DNA of 64,000 nucleotides, from positions 47,930-111,929 of the forward strand of contig JAQGDQ010000690.1 in assembly GCA_030141605.1 (NCBI GenBank), given 5' to 3'. Both the position numbers and the translations under genes were made by a program. The notes under the pieces are model-generated. The model was not told the DNA's origin and made no database searches. It was given only the letters and a program-made list of their open reading frames with translations. This document shows, piece by piece, positions 1 through 13,700 of the stretch. Positions within the stretch are counted from its first letter, which is position 1. Every line of letters starts with the position of its first letter. The stretch is from Tubiluchus corallicola (Eukaryota > Animalia > Priapulida).

Positions 1-592
1 ACACGATGCGGCCATGTTTTTCCACGGCTAACTATCGGCCTGGGTTGCTATTTTGTACGATGCTCATTGTATTGGAGGCTAATAGTGTCGAATTTTCCCC
101 CACATTGGTGCATTAACGGCCGAGTAGTGTTGCAAAAGATGTTCATGATGCAAAAAGAGGTTATACAATAATCGATAATTATACGATAATTTAATAATGC
201 GAAACTAAAAAAACAAAGAGTGAAAAAATGTGCTTTGAAACAAATTTAAACATCATTGCTAACCAGTGGGGAAATAAACAAGTTTGATTTTAACATTTTA
301 AATATTGCATGATTCAGCTTTAGGCATTCGCAAACTTTAAAAAAAAATTTTGAAATTAAATCTTCTAAGTTTGGGTAGTTCCACTTAGTTTGAAATATTT
401 TCTTCCCTTCCTACTGAAATCTTTTGAGCACATGAGGTAAGACAGAAACCAATTTTTTGTGGCCGTTCTAAGCTGGTTTGTGATGTATTAACTTGCGTGT
501 GATCACTCTTTTGCGATTTTGTAGCTGTACATTAGTGATAACGAATGTGATTTCTAGTGATGTTTAAAATCATGTTTTTCTTTCATTTGCAG

Positions 593-610
593 CTGATCTC
601 ATCATGTTGG
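593..610 (+). CDS. XRN2: XRN2 18-nt microexon (A)DLIML(G)
   Basis: Pyrimidine tract ...tttctttcatttgcag|CTGATCTCATCATGTTGG|gtaagt; phase 1-1; encodes the conserved ADLIMLG motif that continues into GLATHEP. Confidence 0.9.
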
Positions 611-3600
611 GTAAGTTTTAGTTTTGTACATATATAAAAAAACTACAGCACACTAAGTGTTAGTTTACGCTGTTTTCCTAAGCAACGGTTCTTATAGAAA
701 GGATCGCGCAATCGCATTTTTTTAACGTAACATTTCCGGGAATCCACGCTGCTCTTATGAAAAGTCTTGAAGCCCGCCAGTTACGACTTGTTATGATTTT
801 CAAGTAAATAGCGGGTACCAACCCGCCCCGCCTGGAAATTTCTATACATCGGCAGGGACATATCAATACCTTACGACGCCCTAGGCTGATAGTTGCGAAT
901 TTATCGTAGTTTATGTAATAAGCAGATTAAACAATTACTTGTGGTGTGTTAGAAACATTATTAATCTAGTTTCAATGTGGTCATTATTGATTGCATAATT
1001 TATATAGCGCTTATATTCAAGCAGGCAGCACAACTGATTGTTTTGTACTACCTTGCACCTGCTCATTATGTGGCACTTATATATAAGCTGCACTCAGTAA
1101 CTACCTGTGGTGTGTTGTAAAATGTGTCCTTTTCATGAATATAAAGGTATACACATTTTCCGCGAAGAGTATGTGACGCCCTCAAACTTTGGTGTCCTAA
1201 GCTATGGCCTAGTTAGCCTATTGGTTAATACGTCCCTGTACGTGTAATATAAATACGGTATATTATAAATTACTAGTACAAATTAACTTTAAAAAATAAA
1301 ATTTTCTGCATATTTTTTATTATATTTTCTAAGTTTAAGTAATAAGAGTAAAATAAACTTGACATCCTTTCCTTTTAAGCAACACTGATTTTCGTTAGTA
1401 AATGGTTTGGTGACTTTCAAGAGAACCACTTTTGAGTAGTGCGATCAGCCGGGTTGCCCTCTGGCTGCTCATGTCATTATTCGGGTATGAATACACAATT
1501 GCACTTTCCAACTTGGCTGAGCCACCTCGGTTGGTTCAGTAGCTCATATTGGTGACTTGTTTGTTCTTACACCTAATGCCATAAAGTAACTTTAAGCATG
1601 AAAAATGAAGAAACTGCTGACAATAACAGAAAACATGAAACCAGAAGTATTCTTGAGTGCCTCTGCAGACTTTAGAGGTTCCCCTTTATCCCACTTTTAC
1701 GGGATTGATTTTCCTGATTAACCTACAGGTCTGGCCACTCACGAACCGAGTTTTACCATCATCAGGGAAGAATTCAAACCCAATCAGCCGAAGCCGTGCG
1801 ACATCTGCGGTCAGTTTGGACACGAGAAAGAGGAGTGTGTAGGATTGGCCAGAGAGAAGTCCGGAGAAGTATAAATTTTTTGCTTTTAAGAATTTTGGAT
1901 TCTCAATAAAAACTTAGTGTGTAGCATTAAGATCTTCAGGACCGCAACATTCAGAATAGTTCTTATAAGACCCACGACTTTTCTGCTACTGTATGAGCAC
2001 AGACATAACTAAACGATTACAAATTAGGTATTATTCTATTCAGGAGAATCCTGGCTATCCAATCTTGATATTTGCTTAAACATTTATAAGTGATTTAATT
2101 AGATAAAATTACGAAAAACACGCCCTCTTCAGGCATTCCAACTTGGCTTTTGAGTAGATTAGTCTGGTGTACACTTGCTTGATCGTACACACTATTTTAT
2201 TAATCGCCTGCTTGCTACAGCACAAGCTTTGCAGTGTTCTGCTGCTTTCCAGGATCAGCCAAGGATAAATAAAGGAGGTTTCATCTTTTAACAGGAATTT
2301 CTTTTTAAAAATAGAGTAGACTGGTAGCAAAAGTGTATCAGAGTGTTGTGTCTGGATAGTTAAAATTTTCTGCATTAGCTGATTTCACACAAGTGATGTT
2401 GTACGTTGTTACAGTGCAAACACTACAGATACTAAAAGCTTTTCTCAATTTTTTCGACAAAAATTGATTTTTTAATTTGTCTAAGGTAAACAAATGAATT
2501 TTATATATAATTTTTCGTGAAAATCCATTGTGTGAGGAGTAGAAACTTACAAAAATGATCAAATATATTGTAATCACTGCTTAGTAGGAGCAGTTTTTCA
2601 TGAAGCCATGCAAAATGCAGCAAATTCTTACGGTCCTGGAGGAGTTAATTATGGCAATTGTTTCTCTCTATGGTTTTTTCTTCGTGAAGATGCCATTGAG
2701 TGAAGAAGCCATTGAGTTCAAGAAGAGAGACCACTGTTTCAAGAAAAATTGTCTATAGTGCACTTCTATATTTGGAAAGCCTCTCTTTGTTACTAAGGAT
2801 AATTATTTAAAGCACAAGAAAACACATTTCGTAGGAAAACTAAAAAAAAGTTTGTTTTGAAATTTCAAAGCTGACGTAATGTGTTATTGCACACAGGGCA
2901 TGCTTCTGCAGTAACGCCGTGTAAAACTAGTTTAATTTAATCTCCTGCGATGACTGTTAGGGCAACCATTTTAACTGTTAGTCTTTTGAAACAAGTTTAG
3001 ATTACATTGCATAAAGTTTGGAAAAATAATCAGAGCTTTCGCAGTACACACTTTGCTAACTAAGCAAAAGTTTAAATCACTTTATTATTGTCAATAAGGT
3101 CAGTAATGTGTTTTGCGTGAATCAGTGGTGCACGCTGGGATGGTGTTGTAGTGCTGTTTTACCAGGTGGCACCGCAAACATTTTAAATTAATAAAAATTT
3201 CTTTTCTAATTACACAAACAAATCTTTCTAACTGATAAACGTAATGCCTAGTAATATAACTTTGCATGGAAATATTTTTTGGGAATATGCTTAAAAATTG
3301 CCTTTTCTTTCCTTTAAGTGAAAAAAAACTGAACAAAAATGATACAGTGTGTCAGTACATGAGTGCTCAGTCTGCATAATCTAATAATGTGAATTTTACT
3401 GCATTTGTAATGCTAAAAGCAGATGTTGTTTGTTGTTACGGCGTTAGCATGACGAAGCACCGCCTCCAGTTGCCGCGGAAACGGAATTCATCTTCATCCG
3501 TCTACCCGTGTTAAAGGAATACTTGTCACGTGAGCTGCGAATGGACGGCTTGCCTTTTAAATACGATTTTGAGGTATTTTGTAAGCTGAATTTTGATCGG

Positions 3601-6600
3601 TTACTTGCAAATATGTCTTTCTTTCACCCTATTTGTGCGTTGAATTTTGACTGTTTATGTAGAAGTATATCTTTTTTGTTCTATTTTTTATTATTGTGGC
3701 TTTTTTGTTGATTAAAAAATATAAGGTATTGTAACAACGGCGATCACCTCCACCTCTGCACTGTAATGGTTGTGTCCACTACGAAGCCATTGCATACTGG
3801 CCTCTATAAATGCGCTGGAATGTAATGCTTCCTGCTGTTTAGTATGTGCTTTTTACCATCTCAGCACCTGTTCCACTCGTATGGAGGACGTAAGAAAGGC
3901 TACCTGGCAGTTTATAATCAAATTTTTGTCGTTTCTGCTCATTTATCTAACAATTTTCCGTAAATTCATGTGGACCGTGCGTATCAGCGCCACCTGGTTT
4001 TGTTACAATATTTTATTTTGTCTTTTTTATAGAATATTTAACGACATCTCATAAAATATGATTTTGATAGCATTTTCAGCAAGAAAATAAGTTTTGTCAC
4101 ACTTTGGATTTGAACCCAGTGCCCTTGCTAATTACATTCTTCTAACTTTCAGCGAGCGGTAGACGATTGGGTTTTCATGTGTTTCTTCGTCGGTAACGAC
4201 TTTCTTCCTCACTTACCCTCGCTGGAAATTCGGGAAGGAGCAATCGATCGTCTCATTCAGCTGTACAAACGTTGTATTTACAAAACTGGGGTAAGAGTCA
4301 TGTATTGACATCACAATGTACTGACATCACTGTGTACTGACATCACAATGTACTGTCATCACAATGTACTGACATCACTGTGTACTGACATCACAATGTA
4401 CTGTCATCACAATGTAATGACATCATAGTGTACTGTCATCACAATGTACAATCTTCACAATGTAATGACATCACAATGTACTGACATCACTGTGTACTGT
4501 CATTACAATGTATTGACATCACAATGTACTGACATCAATGTGTACTGACATCACAATGTACTGTCATCACAATGTAATGACATCATAGTGTACTGTCATC
4601 ACAATGTACTGTCTTCACAATGTAATGACATCACAATCTACTGACATCACTGTGTACTGTCATTACAATGTACTGTCTTCACAATGTACTGACATCACAA
4701 TGTATTGACATCACAATGTACTGACATCACTGTGTACTGACATCACAATGTACTGTCATCACAATGTAATGACATCATAGTGTACTGTCATCACAATGTA
4801 CTGTCATCACAATGTACTGACATCACTGTGTACTGTCATCATAATGTACTGTCTTCACAATGTAATGACATCACAATGTAATGACATCACAATGTACTGA
4901 CATCACAATAATAAATATTAACATAAACTGTGCAGATACATCGGTGAATGTAAATCAGCAAACTCTCTTGACATCTTACTATGAGCTGAATGTTTGTGGT
5001 CTTAATTTTCTAGTCTGTTAACTCTCAGTCAGGCCACCAGATGGTGCTTGAAGCACTGTGAAATCAGACCTTTAGATGAGTCATTTTACTTGCACTGCAT
5101 AAATTGCTTCAATTTTAATTGGACTCAATATATTTTCTGATGTACACTCCTACCTCGAATTGCCCGTCAAAAGCAGGGAGACGTGGTACGAATTTGCCGA
5201 TTGTCCATATTTTCCGATACTAAGCTAATAAAAGTAGGCGCCATGCACTAGACTTACGGTAATGTAGAATCAATCGTCTAATTGTCTCAAAAACAGCTAG
5301 TACAATCCGCTTCTGTGCTAAAGTATATAAAAACTGTTGGCAATCGACTCAAATAACTTCGCATAATTGACTCTAAACTACTAAACACACCGGCATACAA
5401 GCTACACACACACACATACACACATGCACGCCCACACACGCATGCATGCACGTGCACACACACACACACACACGTACGTGTTGTTGCTTGGATATAAACG
5501 AAATGACGGGTCACCAACTAGCGGTCAGTTTGCGGAATAACGTATGGCGTCCGTAGCATGCGGGACTTTCTACGGCCCAGTTTTTCCTGATATCCGTAAA
5601 AGCAATGTCCGGCGGTAAAACCGAGATATGAGTGTCTCATTGAATTTCAGTAAAATCTGACTGATGATTCCTAGTTTTATTTTGTAGCAGGAATGAAATC
5701 AGTGATTGCGTCTTTTGCCGATCCTTCTAGCTAAAAAACTTTTCCAGCTCCTTCTTCTAGTGTTAAGTGCATTTTGCCGTGTCTCTTTCAGGGTTACCTA
5801 ACGGACAGCGGGATGGTCAGCCTGGACAGAGTCCAGTTGATTCTCTCCGAGTTGGGAAAAGTCGAGGACGAGATCTTCAAACAGCGACAAGAAAGAGAGG
5901 TATGCATTATCAGCGCCTCACGGTGGTCATTTTGAGAGACACAAAGTGCTCTTAAAGCCAGTTTTTGCCAAAGAGTTTTTCGTGGTTTTTTTTTTGTTAG
6001 TTAATATTTTGCACATTTACATTTTGGCAATTTTTAATAACTCAAATAAAAGGGAGTTGAATTTAATTCGCGGCTTTATAATGCACCGTCCTTGGCAGGT
6101 CTTTATGACCTGGTGAGTGACTTGTTCAAAGCAAAGAAAATCAAATATTTTAGCTGAAATATTTATTTTGAATAATTGGTTGTAGTAAATGCATTTCTTA
6201 GTATTATAATCAGACTTTTTTATTTGTGCTAACATACTTTTAACTTTGCAAGTCTAAATGCTCTGTTATAAGAGTTGGCATCAATGATAAAATTTAACAC
6301 ATTTATTAAACAAACAAAACGTGAGGTGCTCTCCACGTTGTCAATTGTAAACAACTGTAAGTGAAAATCTTCAACAATTGGTATGATCATGTACTGAAGT
6401 AATAAGGAAAATCTTTGGAATTGACACCATTAGATGCGATGTGATTGCAGCTACCGTCCACGACCTGCTGAGGAGGAACTTAGGCCTAAACAGCAGGATG
6501 GAGGGCTATATCTACAAATTACTTTTATAGAGTATTTCTCTTCCTTCTGGGCTGGTCGTGGATAAGTCATAAGTCATTTATTTCACATTACACATTACAA

Positions 6601-7749
6601 TAGTTTCATTTACAATATCTAGTGAAAGGGCCTACAATGAACGTAATACAAATAAGAAATACTGCACAGGAAAAGCCTCGAACACTGTTCACCTATATAC
6701 GAAGGTAAATGTGTTGCGGGCAATCAAAAAGCAGGGCTTGTTAGATTGTCCCACACAGTGAAAGAAAAAAAAGTAATGGAAATAATCTGAAAATTTAAAG
6801 CGAATCGTGTGATAAAAAAAACATTTAGTGCTTAAAATGGAATGATGTAATGAATGAAGCTCATATATGAGATAATATAAAAGATAGAAAAACTATTATT
6901 TGTTCATAGTATGTAAAATTAAGATAACTTGATTAAGATAACACCACTGTTTTGCAATTGATGGCAGCTGAAATCACATCATAGTTGATGGTGTTAATTC
7001 CAAAGATTTTCCTTATTACCTCGTTACATGATCATACCAATTGTTGAAGATTTTGACTTGCAGTTTTTCGCAATTGACAAGGAGAGGAGCTCCCCACGAA
7101 ACGTTTTGTTTCTCTAAATGTTGTCGCATTTTATGCACGTCAGATTGCCTCGGCTTCGTAATTAACTTGTTAACTTGGATGCTGTAAGAATAAATAATAG
7201 CCTGCTATCTTTCTGTGTGGTTCTATAACAGAGACGGGCACAGCTAAACGATAAAAATGCCTGCACGTGACGTAAAATTCCACGAAAAACACTTTTATTT
7301 TCCCGTAACTCGCAATCTGTAAATTTTAGTCACCTGGCGTAATTAAATAAATTATAATTTGTGCAGTGTAACATTTTTAGTTCTGTGATCTTACTGTATT
7401 TTTAACTCTTAAAGCCGACAAACCACCTGGGGAGTCAGGCTAATAAATTATTATTATTATTGTTGTTATTATTATTGTTGTTGTAGTTGTTGTTGTTGTT
7501 GTTGCTGGTGCTGTTGTTTGTTGCTGATGTTGTTGCTGTTGTTGTTGTTGTTGCTGTTGCTGTTGTTGCTGTTGTTGTAGTAGTAGTTGTTGTTGTTGTT
7601 GTTATTGTTGTTGTTGTTGTTGCTGCTGCTGCTGGTGCTGCTGTTGTTGCTGATGTTGTTGCTGTTGTTGTTGTTGTTGCTGTTACTGCTGGTGGTGCTG
7701 TTGTTCCTGGTGGTGCTGTTATTGTTATTATTATTGCTGCTGTTGTTGC

Positions 7750-7789
<40 letters not shown>

Positions 7790-10700
7790 ATTGTTATAAA
7801 AGAACTGTAAAAGCAGCAGGATAAAGTGAATTACTTTGCATTTGCAGCTGTTTTTTCGAGGGCGGGACAAAGAGAGAAAACGTCAAGCTAAGCTAGAGAA
7901 ATCGCCGAGCAAACCGGCGTGGATGTTGGGCGGACAGTACGCCCCCTCGGCTCCGGGGCAGGGCGCGAAGCCCATCACCGGCGCCCGTCACACGGCCGCG
8001 CAGATGCGAATAGCCGCCAACGTCGATTACTCGCGATCGGAGAAGCTGGAGACGGATTTGCGGAACAAAAATGCGGCGGAGGAGCTACGAGCAATGATGA
8101 GAGGAGAGGTGATGTAAATTATAGAAACTTCTTGCCTATGGCTTCCATTTGTAGTGGAGCTTTTCCATTATATAATTATATTTAATTCAGTGGTGCTATT
8201 CATAAGTTCGAATTTACAATTCAGTACAGTCAACCCTTCGTTAAACCGGACTAATTGGGGGGGGGGGGGGGGTGGTCTGGTTTAGCCGATTGTCCGATTT
8301 ATCCGATATGCCAATATATGGTCTATATTATACAGGAATAATCACCTTAATAAGGCCTATATACATTGCACTATGTACTGTGCACTATATACTATACTGT
8401 ATATTACTTTAAAATAGTTAACCTGTGAGGATAAAGAAATTAGCGAGTGCTTTCGATGGGGTAAGCAAACTGAATTTTGGCGGGAATCGTAGCAGGATGG
8501 GCGGCACCGCGAGCTGCTTCGACCCGTCAATGGCTCGTGGTGAGTTGGTAGGCCGTGTTGTGTTTAGCGCTCCGGTTCGGTCGGAAATCGGTCAGTTTCC
8601 TTTACCACGGATGACGTCCGTCTTATCCGATATCCCTTTTTATGCATTTATAACAATGACTGTTGTTATTATTAAGAAGCTTGCTTTTTACATACATTCA
8701 TATCTCGGTTTGCTGAACAAAAGCTTGGAGACGTCGGCCCAAATTTTCCGATTTTCCCGTATTTTCCAATACTGAGTTAATACAGTAGGCGTCGTGTTTT
8801 AGACTCACGGTGAATGTAGAATTAATCGCCTAATTGTCACAAAAACATCAAGCAAACCGCTCCTATGCAAAAGTATATAAAAAACTGTTGGCAATTGACC
8901 CGAATAACTCCGCATAATTGACTCTAAACCACTGATTAACTACAACAACTTACACACGCTGATTAAACCACTTAGCTTGCTGATATGCAAGCTGCATACG
9001 TGTCGTTACATGCTGGTTGGATGTAAACAAAGTGACGACCCTCCAGCTAGCGGTCAGTTCGGGAAATGACGGACTGTGTCCGTAGTATGTGGGACTTTTT
9101 AACGGACCTGATTTTATCGATTTTTCCGATATCCGTAAAGGTGAGGTCCGGCAAACCGAGATATGTGTGCAACTGGTTACTGCCCTCTGTTGGTAACAAA
9201 TGTAAAGAATTTGTGAAAGTTGCAGAAATATGTTGAGAGTGACCTATGCTGTTACTAGGCAGCCGTTTATGTAAACAACTTTGTGAAATTTTCCAGAATT
9301 TTAATATTTTTTCTTGGAGTTTTTAATAATATGATGATGTTATCATGTTGAGTGTGCAGGGTTGAGGGGTGAGCCACTGAATGGTCAGAAGTGTCTTTGT
9401 CACACACTCTGAAGCGTATACTTCCTGGTAATCGTTGGTAATGGATCCTACCCATGTTGCCAATAACCAGTTTGTGTGCTGCTCGTCCTTCGTAACCAAG
9501 CTCGCTCCGTGACCGCTCGGCTGTTTTTCTGACCCCAACTGTTTTCCATTTTCAAAAGTTATATCACATGATTGCTGCCTCGTGACTTCATATAGCTTTT
9601 TCACTTGCATATAGAAACCGCAAGTCAGTAACGAGGCTAATAAAGGAGTGAAGAGAAAACGTGACGAGGTTGATGATGACGACGACAATTCTGATGATGA
9701 TCTTCCTCCAGACAATGTCAGGTACCTTTGAAAATCGATCTCGCTCTTGTTTATGTCCGCAGGGAATAAGTTTTTCGCTGTTTTACTGTGCAAACGTGCA
9801 GTTGCTGTAGGTCAATGGTTAAGTGTACCACAGCAATGCGTATTAATTACAACCGTCACGTGACATGTGGGTAAAGTAAAGCCATATGCCCCATCAGTTC
9901 AGTAACTTCAGTTGTTTTACGTTGACTTTACTTAATTATGCAGTGTGTAGGGTGATTTAGGTTCCAGCTAGCCATTAAAATTGTTGCTGTTACAACAACA
10001 TGGGCTGTGAGGTGTTGTCAAGTGTACACAAATGAGTTGTCTGGCACACTTAACCTTTGACCATTTCACGATGGTCATCAGTCTCTGGAACTGTGAAATG
10101 GCTTATTGTCTCGTCTGGTTATTTTTGTAATGACGAATTCTTGATTATGTACTTTCTCATCTACACTGATGAAGAGCTTACCACATGTCTACCTCAGGGT
10201 TCCCACGGTCAGGAAAAATCCTGGAAAATCCTTGAAAATACATAATATGCTGGAAAGTCATAGAAAAGTCATTGAAAAGATAATTTGCTAAATAGTCAGG
10301 GAGAAGATGAAAATGGGGCAAAAAGTCAGGGAAAATCGGAAAGGGTATCACAAAAATAATCATTGTGAACGGATATTTTTCCAAATATATTTTTCAGCGA
10401 TTCGTGTTCAAATAAAATTTCGCCATGGGAGCTCCCAGTTCTGTTGTAAAAATAATAATTCGTCAACACATTATATGTCAGTACAAAAATGTCCAAATAC
10501 AAAAATGTTTGAATGTGTAATGCAATTTCTGCTTATCTTGGTCATGGAAAATCAATATTTTGACAGGGAACAGTCGTGGAATTGTCAGGGAAATTTACTT
10601 TAAAATTTTGTGGGAACCCTGCTACTTACTTTAGTTGTGATCAGTGCAAATAACCGAAAGTGGAGGGATGGCTTATTTGAAGGGAAAATGAAGTGCAAAC

Positions 10701-13700
10701 TCTCAGCTGTTGAAATTCAATTTAACAGCTTTTATTACTACTGCATTTTGATTTTGATAAACATGGCGGCATCTGTGATTTTAACTCGCTCATTGATGTA
10801 ACGTTTCCTCTTGTCTAGGTTGTACGAAGACGGCTGGAGAGAGAGGTACTACAGTGCCAAGTTTGACGTGGATGGACACGACAGAAAGTTCAAGCAGTCC
10901 GTGGTAAGTTTATATGATAACTATTTGCTTAAGATGTAGTCAAAATGTGATGCCTAAAGCATCAGGGATGAGAATTTTCCACGGATACGCGGAATTCCGA
11001 GTTTTTGGAAGACCAGTAGTGCCATTTTTGTAAGTCGCGTAAATTTGTTGAGAAAATTTTTACGGACCCAATACATTATTTCACAAGCTGACCGCTAGAT
11101 GGCAGGCCGTCACTTTGTTTACATCACGTACATCAGTGTAACCACGTGTATATCTCTATGTATAAAAATATAGAATCAATTGTGCTGAGTTATTTGAGTC
11201 AATTGCAGACAGTTTTTATATACTTTTGCATAGGAGCGGCCAGTACTTGGGCGTTTTTGAGACAATTAGGTATCATGTATCCTTGATACTTGGGTATTTT
11301 AAGTTATGCATGAAACAAGGTAATTGATATTTTAAGTCCACTTAGAGGCTCTCTATGGTCACAAAATTGCACCAAACCCCCCGGCCTGTTTCAGAGTTTT
11401 TTTGTCATTCTCATCCCTGAAGCATGTAATTAGTTATTTACAAAAAGACGCTTACATTATTATCTGTAGATTAGTACTTTGATGAAGCCTGGCAGTGTAT
11501 TGAAGAACCGGGAGTAACTCGTGTTTGCGTCAGTGTCGTCCCCCAGTAGTTAAAATTAGTGAGGCTCTACTTTGATAAATACTAGTGCTTTTACTGAAGA
11601 ACCGGGAGTAACTCGTGTTTGCGTCAGTGTCGTCCCCCTGTAGCTAAAATTAGTGAGGCTCTACTTTGATAAATACTAGTGCTTTTACTGAAGAACCAGG
11701 AGTAACTCGTGTTTGCGTCAGTGGCGTCCCCCTGTAGTTAAAATTAGTGAGGCTCTACTTTGGTAAATACTAGTGCTTTTACTGAAGAACCAGGAGTAAC
11801 TTGTGTTTGCGTCAGTGGCGTCCCCCTGTAGTTAAAATTAGTGAGGCTCTACTTTGATAAATACTAGTGCTTTTACTGAAGAACCGGGAGTAACTCGTGT
11901 TTGCGTCAGTGGCGTCTCCCTGTAGCTAAAATTAGTGAGGCTGTGCTTTGATAAATACTAGCGCTTTTACTGAAGAACCAGGAGTAACTTGTGTTTGCGT
12001 CAGTGGCGTCCCCCTGTAGTTAAAATTAGTGAGGCTCTACTTTGGTAAATACTAGTGCTTTTACTGAAGAACCGGGAGTAACTTGTGTTTGCGTCAGTGT
12101 CGTCTCCCAGTAGTTAAAATTAGTGAGGCTCTACTTTGATAAATACTAGTGCTTTTACTGAAGAACCGGGAGTAACTCGTGTTTGCGTCAGTGGCGTCTC
12201 CCAGTAGTTAAAATTAGTGAGGCTCTACTTTGATAAATACTAGTGCTTTTACTGAAGAACCGGGAGTAACTCGTGTTTGCATCAGTGGCGTCCCCCAGTA
12301 GTTAAAATTAGTGAGGCTCTGCTTTGATAAATACTAGTGCTTTTACTGAAGAACCAGGAGTAACTCGTGTTTGCATCAGTGTCGTCTCCCTGTAGTTAAA
12401 ATTAGTGAGGCTCTACTTTGGTAAATACTAGTGCTTTTACTGAAGAACCAGGAGTAACTTGTGTTTGCGTCAGTGGCGTCCCCCAGTAGTTAAAATTAGT
12501 GAGGCTCTGCTTTGATAAATACTAGCGCTTTTACTGAAGAACCGGGAGTAACTCGTGTTTGCGTCAGTGGCGTCCCCCTGTAGTTAAAATTAGTGAGGCT
12601 CTACTTTGGTAAATACTAGTGCTTTTACTGAAGAACCAGGAGTAACTCGTGTTTGCGTCAGTGGCGTCCCCCAGTAGTTAAAATTAGTGAGGCTCTGCTT
12701 TGATAAATACTAGCGCTTTTACTGAAGAACCGGGAGTAACTTGTGTTTGCGTCAGTGTCGTCTCCCTGTAGCTAAAATTAGTGAGGCTCTACTTTGATAA
12801 ATACTAGTGCTTTTACTGAAGAACCGGGAGTAACTCGTGTTTGCGTCAGTGGCGTCTCCCAGTAGTTAAAATTAGTGAGGCTCTACTTTGATAAATACTA
12901 GCGCTTTTACTGAAGAACCGGGAGTAACTTGTGTTTGCGTCAGTGGCGTCTCCCTGTAGCTAAAATTAGTGAGGCTCTACTTTGATAAATACTAGTGCTT
13001 TTACTGAAGAACCGGGAGTAACTCGTGTTTGCGTCAGTGGCGTCTCCCTGTAGTTAAAATTAGTGAGGCTCTACTTTGGTAAATACTAGTGCTTTTACTG
13101 AAGAACCGGGAGTAACTCGTGTTTGCGTCAGTGGCGTCTCCCAGTAGTTAAAATTAGTGAGGCTCTACTTTGGTAAATACTAGTGCTTTTACTGAAGAAC
13201 CGGGAGTAACTCGTGTTTGCGTCAGTGTCGTCCCCCAGTAGTTAAAATTAGTGAGGCTCTACTTTGATAAATACTAGTGCTTTTACTGAAGAACCAGGAG
13301 TAACTCGTGTTTGCATCAGTGGCGTCCCCCAGTAGTTAAAATTAGTGAGGCTCTACTTTGATAAATACTAGTGCTTTTACTGAAGAACCAGGAGTAACTT
13401 GTGTTTGCGTCAGTGGCGTCCCCCAGTAGTTAAAATTAGTGAGGCTCTACTTTGGTAAATACTAGTGCTTTTACTGAAGAACCAGGAGTAACTCGTGTTT
13501 GCATCAGTGGCGTCCCCCAGTAGTTAAAATTAGTGAGGCTCTACTTTGGTAAATACTAGTGCTTTTACTGAAGAACCGGGAGTAACTCGTGTTTGCGTCA
13601 GTGGCGTCTCCCAGTAGTTAAAATTAGTGAGGCTCTACTTTGGTAAATACTAGTGCTTTTACTGAAGAACCAGGAGTAACTCGTGTTTGCATCAGTGGCG

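Noticed and set aside
7472-7870. Poly-N/S/Q, poly-V/A and poly-L ORFs
   Set aside because: Translations of an intronic trinucleotide microsatellite.
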